DNA of 56,140 nucleotides, counting the filler, from Dimargaris cristalligena (lineage: Eukaryota): NCBI GenBank assembly GCA_003614675.1. It is 3 parts of 3 records of this genome, joined end to end, with 100 filler letters (N's around TTAATTAATTAA, not from the genome) between each part and the next. Parts side by side here need not be neighbours in the genome. Positions count along the whole stretch, not along the records: positions 37,512 to 56,140 come from ML002761.1; 2 more parts are not named here. One strand, written 5' to 3'. The number at the start of each line of letters is the position of its first letter. The stretch's first letter is position 1. This document shows positions 37,512 to 50,424 of this stretch, piece after piece. A model generated the notes under the pieces. That model did not search any database and was not told where the DNA came from. It worked only from the letters and a program-made list of their open reading frames with translations. The position numbers were made by a program, and so were the translations under genes.

Positions 37512-38195
37512 CCTAATATACCCCCGAGAACCTGGTCCTTTCTCTCTCCAACGGAACAGCATTATTACATCCACCACAAACTTAAAGAGTAAATAGTCAA
37601 GAAATTTATTGTACATTATTATAAGTCATGAATCTATCTATATATGTAAATGTAAATGGGTTAGTGAATAATCAGAACAATGGTAATGAGACCCGCGTCA
37701 ACGGGTTTTAAGAGATAAAACGCTACCTCTCAATTTAACCCGTAGGGGCAATAAGAGAGAGAGAGTTAAAATAATAGGTTGCAAAAATTAGGAGATATGC
37801 AAGGCAGCTTGGTTAAGCAGCTAGTAACCAATGCAATTCTTCATCAATTCAATGGATAGAGGGGTTGGGCTAGGTTAATAGGATGACTGAAAAGGCCATT
37901 TTACACCTCCAGGGGGTGGTGACCCGTGCCGCATGAAAAGCCATGCAACTTAAAGTATATCGGCAAGTATTTAAAAGGTATAAAAGGTATAAAAACAAAC
38001 GGGAACAGGGGGTGGAGGTACAAAAAAAAGAGAATTGATCTAGAATGGGGAAGAAAGACACTTCCGCTACTATAGGCGCTATCATGGTAACGTGCAAAAC
38101 GTAGAAGTGATACATGCGCTGGCGCAGATCCCTCCTTTTCTTAAATAAAAATAATAATAAAAGAAGAAAAAAGTGGAGGTCCTGGGCCCTGAGAT

Positions 38196-41117
38196 CTAAT
38201 ACTGCACAATATTAGGCGACGAGTATTTCGAATGCCTGGCTGCATGGAACGAGTGGTTGGACGACGTCTGGGAGCCCGCAAACCGTTCGGCGGCCAACGA
38301 GGGCGACGAGTATTCGGAATAGCAGGGCGGGGGACTTGTCGGGGTGGTGGGCAGTTCGCGTAACAGGGGACTGGAATAAGTCGTACCGGGAGCCTCGGTT
38401 GAGGACGTGGCGGTGGTGGTAGCGGCCCCGGGGGCTAAGTCGCCTAATGAATGGTGTAAAGCCAGGGAGAGGTTCTGAAGCGATGACGAGCGGGTGGTAA
38501 ATTGGGAGCGCCGGGCCGCTAAGGTAGACGCCGCCGCCACCGCCGCCGGTGGCTGTTGGAGACCACCACTACCACCGATACTGGAGAGGGGCGGACTGCT
38601 ACTGCTGACACTCGTAACGCTGCTCGTCCGACCCTGGTTCGCTAGGAGGGGAGGAAGGAGGGGCTGGGCCGGTGCCAACTGGAAATAACTCGTAGCGGCT
38701 GTTGTCGGCGCCCCCGAAGTCGCAGTGGCAGTGGCCCCGGGACCCATGACGGGTGAGTTCGCCAACGACATTGGAGCGGTAGAGCAGGCCGAGGTAAGGT
38801 TAGTTGTGGTGGTGGCGGTTGTAAGGACCGGGGACCCGTACGCACTGTTGGGCACGGTATTAGACGCCGATGCGGTAGTTTCCACCAAATCGCCGTCCTG
38901 CAACCGACAGTCGTCATCACGGTACACGGGGGGGTCTTCCAGCATATGGTCCAGCGGGGCCAACATAATAGTAATCGGCAATGTCACCAGAATCTTCCCC
39001 TGCAGTTCCTCCTGTTTAACTTCGATGCCCACCTTAATCTTGTGCTTGACTTTAAGGTACTGCGTGCGGCAGTTTTGCGCAATCGATTTGAAGTCCGCCG
39101 GGTGACTCGGTTTCGGTACCCGGATATACGCCGTGGTCTCGTACTCGTCGGACTGGGTCAGGAGGGGTGAGAGGGGGAGCTTAATCTTTTGCACCACCCG
39201 GGGTACCCGGCGGTGGAGATCGGATTGCACCGCGGACGTATAATAGGTGTACTCGTTAATCGAGACGCTGATGCAATGAACGCCCAAATGGCGGCGCCCG
39301 GCATGATTACTACCTTCGGAAGATGGACCGGTGGCGGGATGATGGGTAGTAGAGGGACGGCTGGTGGCATGGTGGTTGCTCAAACGCTCGCCAAATGGCC
39401 CCATGGTGGGGACCCGGTCCGTAGTAGTCGAGGCGCGGGGATTAGGGAACGGGGCTTTATGGGGTAGCGATGAAGGGAGGAAAGGGGCCGCGGCGGAGTC
39501 GGCGGTCTGATCGGTGGTGGTCTCTTCCTGTTCCCCGGCCGATGCGGTAAAGGAGGACCGGGGCGACACGGGATAGGGGCTCCGGCCGGCTTCAGTAGGC
39601 GAAAGGGGGACCGGCGGCAGGTCCCGCAGGGCGGGGGGAGTGTGACGTTCCGAGCCACCAAACATACTGGTGTCCATACCATTAGCAGCGGTAGCGGTCG
39701 ATGGTACCCGATCAGCACTCTCGCTCCTCAACCGAATGTGCACGGGAATAAGTTCGCCAAAAGCGTAGACGCTATTGGGCACCTGGACCGAATACCGAAT
39801 ATTGGACTCCTTATGGTAGCCGCTGTACCACGGCGGCTGGGAGGCCTCCGATAGCAAATGGGACTCGTTAGGGATGGCGTAGCGCTGGACAATGATGGTT
39901 TTCTTCTCGACGATATTAAAACACAGGGTGGGGCGTTCCACTTCGGCGCGCAGCACGTAGGCCACCTGGCCGTGGGGCACCGTCAAAGATTCCGGCAAAT
40001 CGCCCGGTAAGGCAATCTCAAAGGGCCAGGCATACGACCCCGGCTGCAGGGTCACCATTGTCTGACCCGGCTTAGGGGTTACAAACGTCCAGTCGTGGCT
40101 AATAAGGGTCCGTTTCTCGGACACATGGCGGGTGGTCTGGTTCGCAAAATTAGAGGCATTGGATTCCCCCCAGGCGTTGGAGGCGGAGGAGGGGTGGGTT
40201 TCCAAGTAACAATCGATTTTCTCGATCCCCTGGAAAGTAAGACGGATAGCCTTGGTCTTGAGTGGGGCGGTCAGGGACAGGCAAACGGTGCCCCGAAGAA
40301 TGCGGCCGCGCGACTCGTCCGCTCCCCCGCGGAATATTAGTACATTCTCGGTGGTGATGATACGCAGCAGGGGGGCACTATTGCCGCCACTGGGGTGAAC
40401 TTTGCCAGCCGCGGAGGACGACAAAGCAGCGAGCCGCTTGAACATACCGGTGGAAGACAGCGCAGAAGAGGTAGAGGGAGGAGGCGTTGATTGGGTCGTG
40501 GAGCGCTGGGACTGGGACCGGGTGGGAGAATGGCGCCGAGTTAGTCGGGAAGTGAGTGTATGGCCGCTCGACAAGGTTAGAAGATCGTCGTATTCGGGAG
40601 TGGTTGAAGAAGAATTATGATAGTCGTGGTGGGGGTGGTGGTGGTGAGAACCTGACCGGCTACTACCGTTAAGGTGAAAATCGTCACGAGCACCGTCGTC
40701 TAAGGAAGGGTACGCCTGACCAGCTGCTGCTGTTGTGGCCCAACGGTCATTCAATACGGGACTACCGCCGAGGGGGGTTACGGGTTGAGACTGGGGATAG
40801 CGGGTGGAATGGGAGGTAGGCGGCAGGTGCAACGACGAAACCGACGGCGAGGAGGGCGATGAAAAGGAAGGGGGAAGGTCGTAAGCGGGAGTATGGTGGT
40901 GGTTGGAAGGGTAAGGAACGGTACTAAGTCGATTCGCTGACCGGCACAGGGCGGTAAAATCGTCCGAGGCTTCTTTAATATGAGACCGGTCTAGTAAAAT
41001 ACAGAGGGGATTGATTTCGGCGGATGACTGGTCGGGGCGGGGCGGGGGGCAGTATATATTCTCGTTGAGCGTCCGCCCAATAAGGGGGACCGTAGCAAAA
41101 TTTTGGGAGTAGGCCAT
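38196..41117 (-). CDS. Alpha-arrestin / arrestin-related trafficking adaptor (Rod1/CreD/Aly-like), about 973 aa; likely start MAYSQNF at 41117
   Basis: Arrestin-N (LRGTVCLSL...KAIRLTFQG...LQPGSYAWPFEIALPGDLPES...VAYVLRAEVERP), split arrestin-C (YSVQVP...GELIPVHI; YLKVKHKIKV...LPITI), PPxY motifs PPWY, PPVY and PPCY; ACCATGG start context downstream of a CAG acceptor at about 41171. Confidence 0.88.
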   Translation of the reverse strand: MAYSQNFATVPLIGRTLNENIYCPPPRPDQSSAEINPLCILLDRSHIKEASDDFTALCRSANRLSTVPYPSNHHHTPAYDLPPSFSSPSSPSVSSLHLPPTSHSTRYPQSQPVTPLGGSPVLNDRWATTAAAGQAYPSLDDGARDDFHLNGSSRSGSHHHHPHHDYHNSSSTTPEYDDLLTLSSGHTLTSRLTRRHSPTRSQSQRSTTQSTPPPSTSSALSSTGMFKRLAALSSSAAGKVHPSGGNSAPLLRIITTENVLIFRGGADESRGRILRGTVCLSLTAPLKTKAIRLTFQGIEKIDCYLETHPSSASNAWGESNASNFANQTTRHVSEKRTLISHDWTFVTPKPGQTMVTLQPGSYAWPFEIALPGDLPESLTVPHGQVAYVLRAEVERPTLCFNIVEKKTIIVQRYAIPNESHLLSEASQPPWYSGYHKESNIRYSVQVPNSVYAFGELIPVHIRLRSESADRVPSTATAANGMDTSMFGGSERHTPPALRDLPPVPLSPTEAGRSPYPVSPRSSFTASAGEQEETTTDQTADSAAAPFLPSSLPHKAPFPNPRASTTTDRVPTMGPFGERLSNHHATSRPSTTHHPATGPSSEGSNHAGRRHLGVHCISVSINEYTYYTSAVQSDLHRRVPRVVQKIKLPLSPLLTQSDEYETTAYIRVPKPSHPADFKSIAQNCRTQYLKVKHKIKVGIEVKQEELQGKILVTLPITIMLAPLDHMLEDPPVYRDDDCRLQDGDLVETTASASNTVPNSAYGSPVLTTATTTTNLTSACSTAPMSLANSPVMGPGATATATSGAPTTAATSYFQLAPAQPLLPPLLANQGRTSSVTSVSSSSPPLSSIGGSGGLQQPPAAVAAASTLAARRSQFTTRSSSLQNLSLALHHSLGDLAPGAATTTATSSTEAPGTTYSSPLLRELPTTPTSPPPCYSEYSSPSLAAERFAGSQTSSNHSFHAARHSKYSSPNIVQY

Positions 41118-43311
41118 GGTTGGTGGTAGTGGGCAAAGTATTGGTCGCGGACCGAAATTTGGGAGTGTCGCTGTGTATGTGTGTGTGTGTAGAGGGCAGT
41201 ATAAATATAGGCGGTTTACAATAGTGGTATAGTAAAGATAGATAGCCACGCAGATAAGTATGCAAGTATGTAGGGACAATGTTGGACCCGCTCAGGGGGG
41301 GGGGAGTGGAAGTGTGAGGGAGAGAGGGGATAAGAGGGGGAATATGGCTGGCCGAATTTAGGTGGCAGGAGCGCGGGTGTAAAGGTATATAGGCCAATCT
41401 ACAATGCGGCAAATGTGACAAGATATGCACAGCACCAATATAATTAAGCCAACGGCGCAATAGGAATTCAATGAATAAACCCGGAATGTACACTAAGGCT
41501 GTTAGAGGTATGGTAGAGACGGGGTATACACGGACAGCGGTAATGGTTGGTTGGGCCTAGCCGGGAGGGGAGAGAGTAGACTAAAAGAGACGGGAAATAT
41601 AAGAAGAAGGGGGAGGAGAGGGCTCTGTAATATATCTAAAGCAATGCTAATACGGATGACTGTGAAGGAGAGAAGAAGAGTGCAGGAAAATAAAGCGGTG
41701 CGGAAGAGTGATGTAAAATAGTCCCGTTGAGTGACGGAAGCTGCAAGGTAGGTCTTGGGGAGTGAAGGATGCGCGCACCAAGAGGGGCAAAGAGCCGTGC
41801 CGACTAAATCCGATGCCCGACAGAGTCAAGCGATTGCAGTAGCTGTAAAAACAAGACAACCGCACATACATATATAGCAAATGGTGAGGGCAGCGATGAA
41901 GGATAAGGAGGAGGAAGAGGATTGGTTAGTTGGGCATAATGAAAGTTGGATCGACGCACACACCAAGGCCAGCAACAACGACCCTCTCTAAATGTAATCT
42001 GGTGGTGAACGGAAACTGGAGGGGCACCAAACAAATGGCGGTGCGGGATGTACACAGACTTGAACTAGTGCAAAAATGGGCGGAGGGATCGACAAAGTGG
42101 TGGTGGGAGGGGCAATGCTAACTTAACCCGATCATTCTAGATGTATACTAGTTGACCGACGTTTACGGAGAGCAAAGCAATAATAGCAGTGGAGGCGACC
42201 ACCACGCAGGAAAGGGGAGTGAAACACGCCCAAGATAGGCCAAACAAAGGGGGGAAATAAAGGGGTGGCGATATCAGCAACCAAAATAATGTAGATTTTA
42301 CTTACCTAGTACACTAGTAAAAGAGGGTGAAAGGGGGGGGGTCACACGCCTGCGAATTGATGAAATTGATACTCGAGACTACTGGAATGTTTATCCAAGC
42401 GGAGGGGGCGTGTATACGTTCTTGGCCGAGTGACTCAATTAGAGAGGCACTGATACTCGAATTTGGCGAGTTGCTGCGACGGAAATGAGCTGTAAAGCCG
42501 AATGAGGTATGGGGGGATATAACAAGAATTCGCGCTAATCAGCTTCGAATGAAAACTGTGACCCGGCAGGCAGGGGGAGAGAGAGGGTGAGAGATGATCT
42601 ATCGGTGTATGGAGGGGGGTGTACCCAGAAATTATCACTCTCCAAACCCTAAACGGTATGTAGGCTAACGCCGAGAGGTGGCTGCGTGGGACTGATGGGA
42701 CAAGTGTGATTGGGGGCCACTAGAAGTAGTGAGAGAGAAGTTCTGCTCCGGAATGCGATGATGTGGCACACCGAGGTCACTAGTACAGGCGAGCGAGAGA
42801 GCGTCGGCTGTATTCTCCTAGACGAAGTGAGTGGTGCTGAAAGCGGTGAGATAAGTCACAACACCAAGGAGGAAGAGGGACTAAAAAAACTAGAGCGAGG
42901 TAAAGGAAAGAAGGGGCAGTAGTAGATTGGCTTCGTGGAATAGAACGATGCTATCGGGAGGGGGAAAATTAAATTAAATATGAATCAGCTGCGTGGTCAG
43001 TCCGACGTTGATGGTCACGAGATGGAGTAACTTAAGAATAGAAATGGCCAATCTAAACCTGATAAAGACGAATTCGTAAGATATTTGGGGGTGTCAGTGG
43101 CGGCGGGTGACCCGATACGGATGACCAAATGAACCGAAATTAAGGGGAAATTGATGGTTGCTTGTGGTAAGCTGGTTTGCGGGAATATTCGGGGCAGGTT
43201 AATGAAACGAAACGGTGGAGAGGGTCTGGTCAGGTGCTACTAAAAAAACAATTGGAATGACATCCAGAATAAACAAGTGCGGTAATGTATAGTTGTCAAT
43301 GACGACGGGTT

Positions 43312-43346
43312 AGTCAGTGAGTGAGTGAGTGAGTGAGTGAGTGAGT
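43312..43346. repeat. (GAGT)n tetranucleotide microsatellite
   Basis: Directly visible. Confidence 0.85.
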
Positions 43347-46300
43347 GGCAAAGCACGGGGGGAGGAGGGTATTGCCGATATAGGGCAAACGACAAAAAAG
43401 AACTGAGGCGGCTTGTCAAGACGGTGTAAATCCCGAAAGGGAGAATAGCTTAGTAACGGAGTATTTTCAACAAAGATGTCAAACGTATTCACTAACGGAA
43501 AGATACCAACAGAAGGCCGCCTTGGTTGCTTAGATGTTTTTCCACAATAGGAAAACCTCTTTAGCACATTACTTTTTCGCCTGCAAATCAGGCGAGGAAA
43601 AAAGATATATAACAAAAGCAAAGAAATGAAAAAAATAACAGGTGGCACACACCCCACGGATTGCCAATAACGAGGCGGCGGGTAATCAAAGATGATGAAA
43701 GTGCGAACAGTACACACAGACAAACATACAGTGGCCCTTTTCCACCCTTGTTGGCAAGCCGTCAAAAGGTGAGGGGCGCTGCATTAAAGCAAATACAACG
43801 GGCCCAGTGGTAGAGGTAGCGTCATATAAGAGAGGAGGGGGATAGTAGGGATCGCAACACTGGGTCGATGTGGACTGGATATATTACGCTGCTTTACCTG
43901 GTGGGGTTGGGTCGCGTGTCGTTGTAAGTAGGGTTGCTAAGCAGAAGCCGACGTAGGCCAGGCCGAGCTCAAGGGTATATATGTTAGGATTGAGAGGGAA
44001 GGTGCGATGGGCTATAGTAGGAGGAATACTGGACCGTAAGGGTTGGGGAAATAACATTAACCAAAAATGACTATTTACAATGTCCCGTTCGGATAAATTG
44101 ACAAGTCGAAAAAGGAAAATTGGAAGGCAAACTGACGTCAATAAGCATCTCCAGATAAACACCCGAAACTGGTGGAGTGTAGGGTACAAGGCTATGTGAG
44201 AAGGTAAAATAGCGTCGTGAGGGTTAGAAGGCTAGGAATATAAGCCGAGGGGCGAACACATGTGCAGAGACGATGGGAAAGGGACTCAAACAGCATGCAG
44301 TCGGCTGTAAAGTATGGTATATGTGGGTCGGGTGCAGTTGAGCAAAATAATACGAGGGGGAGGGAGGATACGTAATAATAAGCGCGGAGGTATTATTTTA
44401 CAATTGTAAAGTTATGTGAATCCGACCGGACCAAGGGGTGCAGCAGCAGGGGTGGCTGTAGGAATAGAATAGAATAGAATAAAATAAAATAAAGAGAGGG
44501 AGAATCGTGACAAATACCAGGGAATGTATCACACGGACAATGGTGCTAAAATGATCACTAAGACTAGTCAAACCACAGTTTGAGTTGATAAACCTAATAT
44601 ACTGCGCCATTGAAGGAAGGAAGGAAGGCAGGTAGGGTAGGAGAAACATAAGGGGAACAGGAGGAGGGCGGGACCTGGGGATTATATAGGAAAAGGGAAA
44701 TGAATCAAAGTGTGGTTCGAGATGGTGGATTCCGGGTTAAGGGGCGTGTGGGTTTTTTGTATGGTGTGATTTGAATGGGTGTGTGGGGATGATAACAAAA
44801 GGGCTCTCTCTCTCTGCAAAACCATAGGTTGGTAACCCTCTCCTTTTGCTATTCGCTGCCACAAATAGGTGTGCTTTGAAAGTGAAATCCTCCGGCCTAT
44901 TGCCTATCTATCTAATCGAGTGTCAGGATAGTAGTGTATAGGGGGGAAACCCCATTCCTTTCTCCTCTCTCCTTCCCCGCCCTATTGCTCTATTCTGAAA
45001 CCCTAGGGGAGCGCGAAACTTGGCCCTACCCTTGTCCTTATTAGCCGCGGCCATGTCCTGCAGCATGCGTATGTGGTCCCTGGGACTTCATGGGCGAGTA
45101 AGAAGGCGCCCAAAGAAAAGGCGGTGGGGGAAGCAGAAACAACAGGCCGGCACAGTTGTGTGGATTGGCCCTTCCCCTCCCATTTTAGTAAATCAATGTT
45201 GCACACGCTGGTATTATCTTGGTTTGGCCTCGAGTATCGGATTCCCTGCCGCTAGATTACACGAGAGCGAGATAGAGCAAGCAAGCAGCTTACCCAGTTT
45301 ATGTATATGGGTGTGTGAGCAGCGGGGCAGATGGATAAGATGCTCCACTTGGCTCCGATATCTCTTATCTTTCCTTATCCTAATCGGTCTAGATCGGTGC
45401 AACGTGAATCTAAGAGTATCGACGTACTTGGTCACTGAGTGTACTCCTCACTCCCTTCCTCCCACACTGCCCGCCCGCTATCTTGGGGAAATAAAGAAAT
45501 CAATCTACAATTCGCCATTACCTCAATCGCACCCATCCGCCATTGTTAATGGGGGCGGGATATCTACGCCATCTCTAACCAACCCGATGGGCGTACCTTT
45601 TAGGGAGGCTTGTCCATGGTGGCAGTGGTGGTAGAGGGTTCAATTGATATGTCTTCACAGATTGAAGAAGTCGCGGCTGATTTACAATGGGAGGGGCGAG
45701 ACCACATGGACCCTCTACGAACCACATATCTCTGTGCGTCGGGCGGGATACCATGATTATCTATGGACATTGTTCCACATCTCACAAGACCCATGAAAGA
45801 TACACTCTTCGCCTTTCGAAAGAATGGTGATCCCGGGGAGGTCTAGAGGTATATGAAAGACGGATTGGATAAGTTAATGTACGGTGGTAATTATAGCAGT
45901 TGTGTAGTCTTGGCCACCGAGCAAAAGGCATTAAACTATTATGGCAACCGCCCTATCATATCTCCAACTCTATTGGCCCACGGTCTATTTTAGAAGTGGT
46001 TCCCTCCCTCCCCTCCTAGTCATCCGCCAGTCGTTTCGCCTCCAGTCGCAGTTGATTACTAATCCATCCGGCCACTAGCCAATCCCTCGCGCACGTAGTT
46101 AACTCCCAAGCCATTCATAATTGGCCATGGAGTTTACTCCAATAGGAAGATGCGCCGCAACAGTCACCGTTGATTGTTCGCACGAATCCATCGAATTAAT
46201 AGGATTGATTGTGAGTAAAGCCTCACCACCTCCTACTTCTGCGCCGATTCTTGCGCACTGCTTGTGACTTTTACTTTCGTTATCTAAACGAGTCACAGGG

Positions 46301-47096
46301 ACTTCGAAAATTCACTTACCGAATCCGTTTGAAGAAGCAATGATAGACAGGGAGAGACGAGTGACCTTACCTATCACATGTCCTTTTGACATGATATACT
46401 AAGGGGCCTCATGTGATGACGAAAGTCACAAAATTACCAGTCTTATGTGGTAGGGTATTGGTTCCTTTTCTGGTATGGTAATGCACCATTTAACATGTGG
46501 GCAAAACATACAATGTACCTTTCACATACTGAGCAATACTCTCCTCCTCCTCCTCCTATTAGTATGCAGGCAAAACAGTGGGAACATTAAATAAGATTGG
46601 TTGCACTGGCTAAAAATTACCGGATCCTTCTTCGGTTTATAGTGGGTCTCTGAGCCTCTCTCCATTCCTCCGGCCCTTCATAATTTTATAGTAGACGAGG
46701 CAGCTTAGCCTACCTTCCCTGCCCAGTTATTCAAACAAGGTGATGGTCACGTGCTCTGTAACTGTTGAATTTCATCTGTGGGACATTGGGGAAGTTAGGT
46801 GGAAGGAGAGGAGGGGAACAACCCATTTTGTCAGACGCAGACGGGGGGCGCTGCCATTTTTATTCACCCATCCAACCCACTTTAATTGTCATAATATAGC
46901 TGCCGAAACAACGCCAAGCGCACTGCAGCCTCATTGAACATTTCTTCCGCTCATGCCTAAGCAACTTTAACCTCGGCTCTTATCCATTGACTCCGTCTTT
47001 CCGAGAATGGCGCCACTTCGTTTTGCTTCCCAATCTATCTCTCCCCGCAATATCTATTATTTCTTCCATTCACATACTCCACCAACCTTCTTCGCC

Positions 47097-47852
47097 ATGA
47101 ATCCACTTAACCCCCTCCGAAATCAACTGCGAATGTTCATTACCAAAAAGGTAGGTATACTTATTTATTATATACTCACCTCCCCTCCGAGTCCATGTAT
47201 GCAAGAGTGAGAGGTGCTGCCTAGGCAGTTCAGCAGCTTATGGCAGACCTCGACTTACTCACACCACCTCCTAGCCTCACGACTTGGGTTAGTATCGAAT
47301 ATTACATCTAAATGTACCCTTGACACTTCTCTATATACACCCCTCCATGATACGATTACACTAGCTCCTGGAAAGTCAGACGTTCCACCGCTTCGTTTGG
47401 TGGTCCGAGGACAAGCTTGCCAATGTCAGCAAACTAAGTAAGTACGCCCACAGTTTATACCATGGTGATGTGTGCGATCTTCTTGATTCGGGATTTACGC
47501 AACACTTGCTTCGTTTGCTTGCCCTTGGGACACGTGCATTTATATATATATGTGTGTATGTGTGTGTGCGTAGGTTTATTTGATTTTATGATCTATAAAG
47601 ACGCTGTCCAAGTCGACCGGGTCTTCTAGTCACTCGCCCGAAAAAAAAATGCGATCGATTAACTAACGCGGGTTCATCCAATTTAATATCTCACCCACAT
47701 ATTGGGGTATTCCCTTACTCGTTCTAGATGCCAAACAGTTGGAAGCACTGACGCAGTCCGAGATATTGAAGAATGCCAGCCAACGGGCAAGTACCTTCAA
47801 CCGGGTATTCTGGGATAATATCAAAAAAGAAACGGAAAAGCGGATGAAGTAA
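47097..47852 (+). CDS. Small mitochondrial Mrx7/NCBP2-AS2-like protein, 83 aa; exons 47097-47150, 47365-47437, 47728-47852
   Basis: Spliced product MNPLNPLRNQLRMFITKK-LLESQTFHRFVWWSEDKLANVSKL-NAKQLEALTQSEILKNASQRASTFNRVFWDNIKKETEKRMK*; canonical GTAGGT/GTAAGT donors, TAG acceptors, frame conserved; LLxSxxFHRFV recalls Mrx7. Confidence 0.75.
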
Positions 47853-48053
47853 CTTTCGCTATGCCTCCCCCTTTTTAGTTACATTATAGTTGCAATATAT
47901 TAATAGCGTTGACATACATTTATGGCCATACTTGTGTACACTTGATATTTCACTAAATTCCATCCTTGGATTCTGCCAAATAAATATATCTAATCCACAC
48001 TAATCATATAATTTTACCCCACGGGCTGCGGTTGGTTGAATCAGTGGCTAAAT

Positions 48054-48197
48054 CATGCGGGTGAAATTCGGCCCAGCTATATAAGGGTTTACATTATACG
48101 TGTATGGGAAAATACATGGGGAATGTATTTTTAACTAGTAATATTGGCCGAATTTAATGGATTTTTCGTTACACAGCTTGGATGAACTTCTCCCATG
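48054..48197. mobile_element. MITE-like element, copy 2 (more diverged TIRs)
   Basis: CCAGCTATATAAG...AGTAATATTG...TAATGGATTTTTCGTTACACAGCTTGGATGAACTTC aligns with 24810-24930. Confidence 0.72.
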
Positions 48198-48760
48198 CCT
48201 TGTCCATTCGGTTATTTAAGCCGCAGCGTGCTTTTATAGTCCGGGGGTATTTGACTTCCTCATAGCCGCTGGTCATAAGGATGCACTGAATCACCAAAGC
48301 GTGCATGGAAGGGGAGGGGACTATATAGACAGCATAATAACTTAAAAAAGTGCTGGGGTATCCTATAGTATCAAAAACAGAAGAAAAGCGTAGAACATAC
48401 AGTAAAAATAAATGAGCCCCCCGAAAATCAGGGGGGGGGGATAGAGAGAGAGACCTTATCATGAATAGGTTAGTCCGCTTAGGGTGATTAAGAACACTGG
48501 GTCCTTTGTACCCTCTCGCATTAGATAACCCGGTGGATGGGAAAAGCATGCAATACGCATATTTGAAGCAATATGGACCATGACTAAACTCCAGTGGACT
48601 AATGCGAAGGCCGAAATGCAATTAGCTAGAGAGAGTGGCTTCGAAAGAGATGTAAAGGTTCAATCGAAGAAGGTTGTACCGCAGCAGCAACGTACGTAGC
48701 GTAGAGATACACTGAAAAAGATACTGACAGGGCCAGCAGCCTTTGAATCAGTTGGCATCC

Positions 48761-50424
48761 TCACGAAAGTGCGACTAATAGCACGATGGACACAATGACG
48801 ACAAGCAGAAGCAGGAGGAAGCACATGGTTTTCCGGGACTTGCGTTGGTACCGACTCGCAGTGATAAGTTCTTCTCCAGCATTACGGACGTTGATGGCGA
48901 TGCTGGTAACGTTGCTCTCAATATTATCTATCAGTCACATGGATGGGGCGTAGGTCATACCAAAACAAAGGACAGGTAAATACAAATATTCCAGAAGGGG
49001 GGTTCGGCTGTACATTGACAAACGGATGAACAGGTGAATAGTAGTTCCTCTTCCTTCTCTCAATCGTCAACCCAGGCCCACTAAAATGGCCATACATGTA
49101 ATAGTATGGATTGTGTTCCGTATGTCCGGCCAGTTAGAAATGGCATTTACCTAGTAAAGACTGTTGCTCATTGACAATGGTGCCCAAGTCCCGGAAGACT
49201 TCGTTTAGCTCGGTGATGCCCTGCTCAATTTCCCGGATTTCCGACTCGCGTTCGGCAATGAGGGCTTCATTGAACTCGACTTCATTGTCGACTACTTGGA
49301 GCTGGTGGCGGCGCTGGTCGTGTTGCAGAAGGGAGGCCTGCTCATCGGATTCGTCAAAGGCGGCAGCGTTGTCTTGTTCCACCGCGTGCTTGGCCCGGTC
49401 GACATATTCACGGGATTTCTCGGCAGCCTCCCGCTGGGCGACTTGGAACTGCTCTAGCACTTTCTGAAAATCCTTGGAGAGCTTTTGCTGTTCGATTTTA
49501 CGGGTATGCTATTGGCATTGGTTGTATCCCAGGGGGGTTGTATAAGAAATGGGTTCCGGGTTGAATGGTCGGATAATAATATGGGTGGGGTGGGTGAAGG
49601 GTGGTGAGTTAGAAACGTGATGTGGTTTGGCGATGTGCGGAAGTCGTTTCCTAAGAATAGTTAATATAGAAATACAAAAGGGTTTGGCAAATATAATATA
49701 ATATGTTCTAATAAAACAGGAACTCCGTTGACTGAGATAAGAAGGTATATTGACTTACAGCTACGGTAGGGTCGGCTTTCTGGAAGGAGTCAAGACCCTT
49801 GATATCGGTACCCGTGGCTTTAGCGAGTTCCCGGGTCTTTTCGGTGACATCATGGCTGCGATAGTTTAGTTAGCATGATAAGCAAGATAGCGCCACCATT
49901 AGTGCATATAGATGATGTATGCCATTGTTAGTGGGTTGGGGTTGTGGGGAACAGTCGAATGGAATAGTGGCTAGGGGAAGGGGCGATATGGTATGGTACG
50001 GTTTAATAGGTCCTTATTTTTTTCTAAGTTATAGGAAAGGGCGTGTATTACTTACAGTTGTTGGCGTGTCCGAGTCGTATCGCTATTACGGGTCAGCTGC
50101 TCGACAAGGCGCTGGATAGTCGCCACATATGAGTTAACCCGAAAGACATTTTGCGAGATTTTCTGAAGGACCTTACGGTAGTTGGCATCATCGGCTGAAG
50201 GATGGGTGGGGTAAGAATAAGTGAAATGAAAGGTAAGACCAAGGGTTAATGTAAGTGTAAGTGCGAGGAAGGTCTGGGGGTTAAACCATGTTCGCTCTAT
50301 CATCGAAGGGGGGGAGAATGCTACGCATATAGAAAGAACAAAGGCCTCGAATAGCTGACCTACCCGATAGAGAAGTCTGGCCGACAGGACGGGCGCCGCC
50401 GCTATGAAGGTCGTTGAAGGACAT
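48761..50424 (-). CDS. Endosomal/vacuolar Qa-SNARE syntaxin (Pep12/Vam3/STX7 family); exons 50424-50364, 50194-50056, 49855-49759, 49508-49151, 48927-48761
   Basis: MSFNDL start, Habc helices, SNARE motif ERESEIREIEQGITELNEVFRDLGTIVNEQQSLLDNIESNV, C-terminal TM anchor; all introns GT-AG and in phase. Confidence 0.92.

Noticed and set aside
41118..41279. N-terminal extension of the 1027-aa arrestin ORF
   Set aside because: Non-ATG start running through (CA)n-rich intron-like sequence ending in a CAG acceptor; ATG at 41117 has better context.
45020..45634. 204-aa ORF and a following frame at 45616-45993 with internal TGA/TAG (readthrough or selenocysteine idea)
   Set aside because: Non-ATG start, composition unlike real genes here, no recognisable motif or SECIS; stop frequency is compatible with chance.
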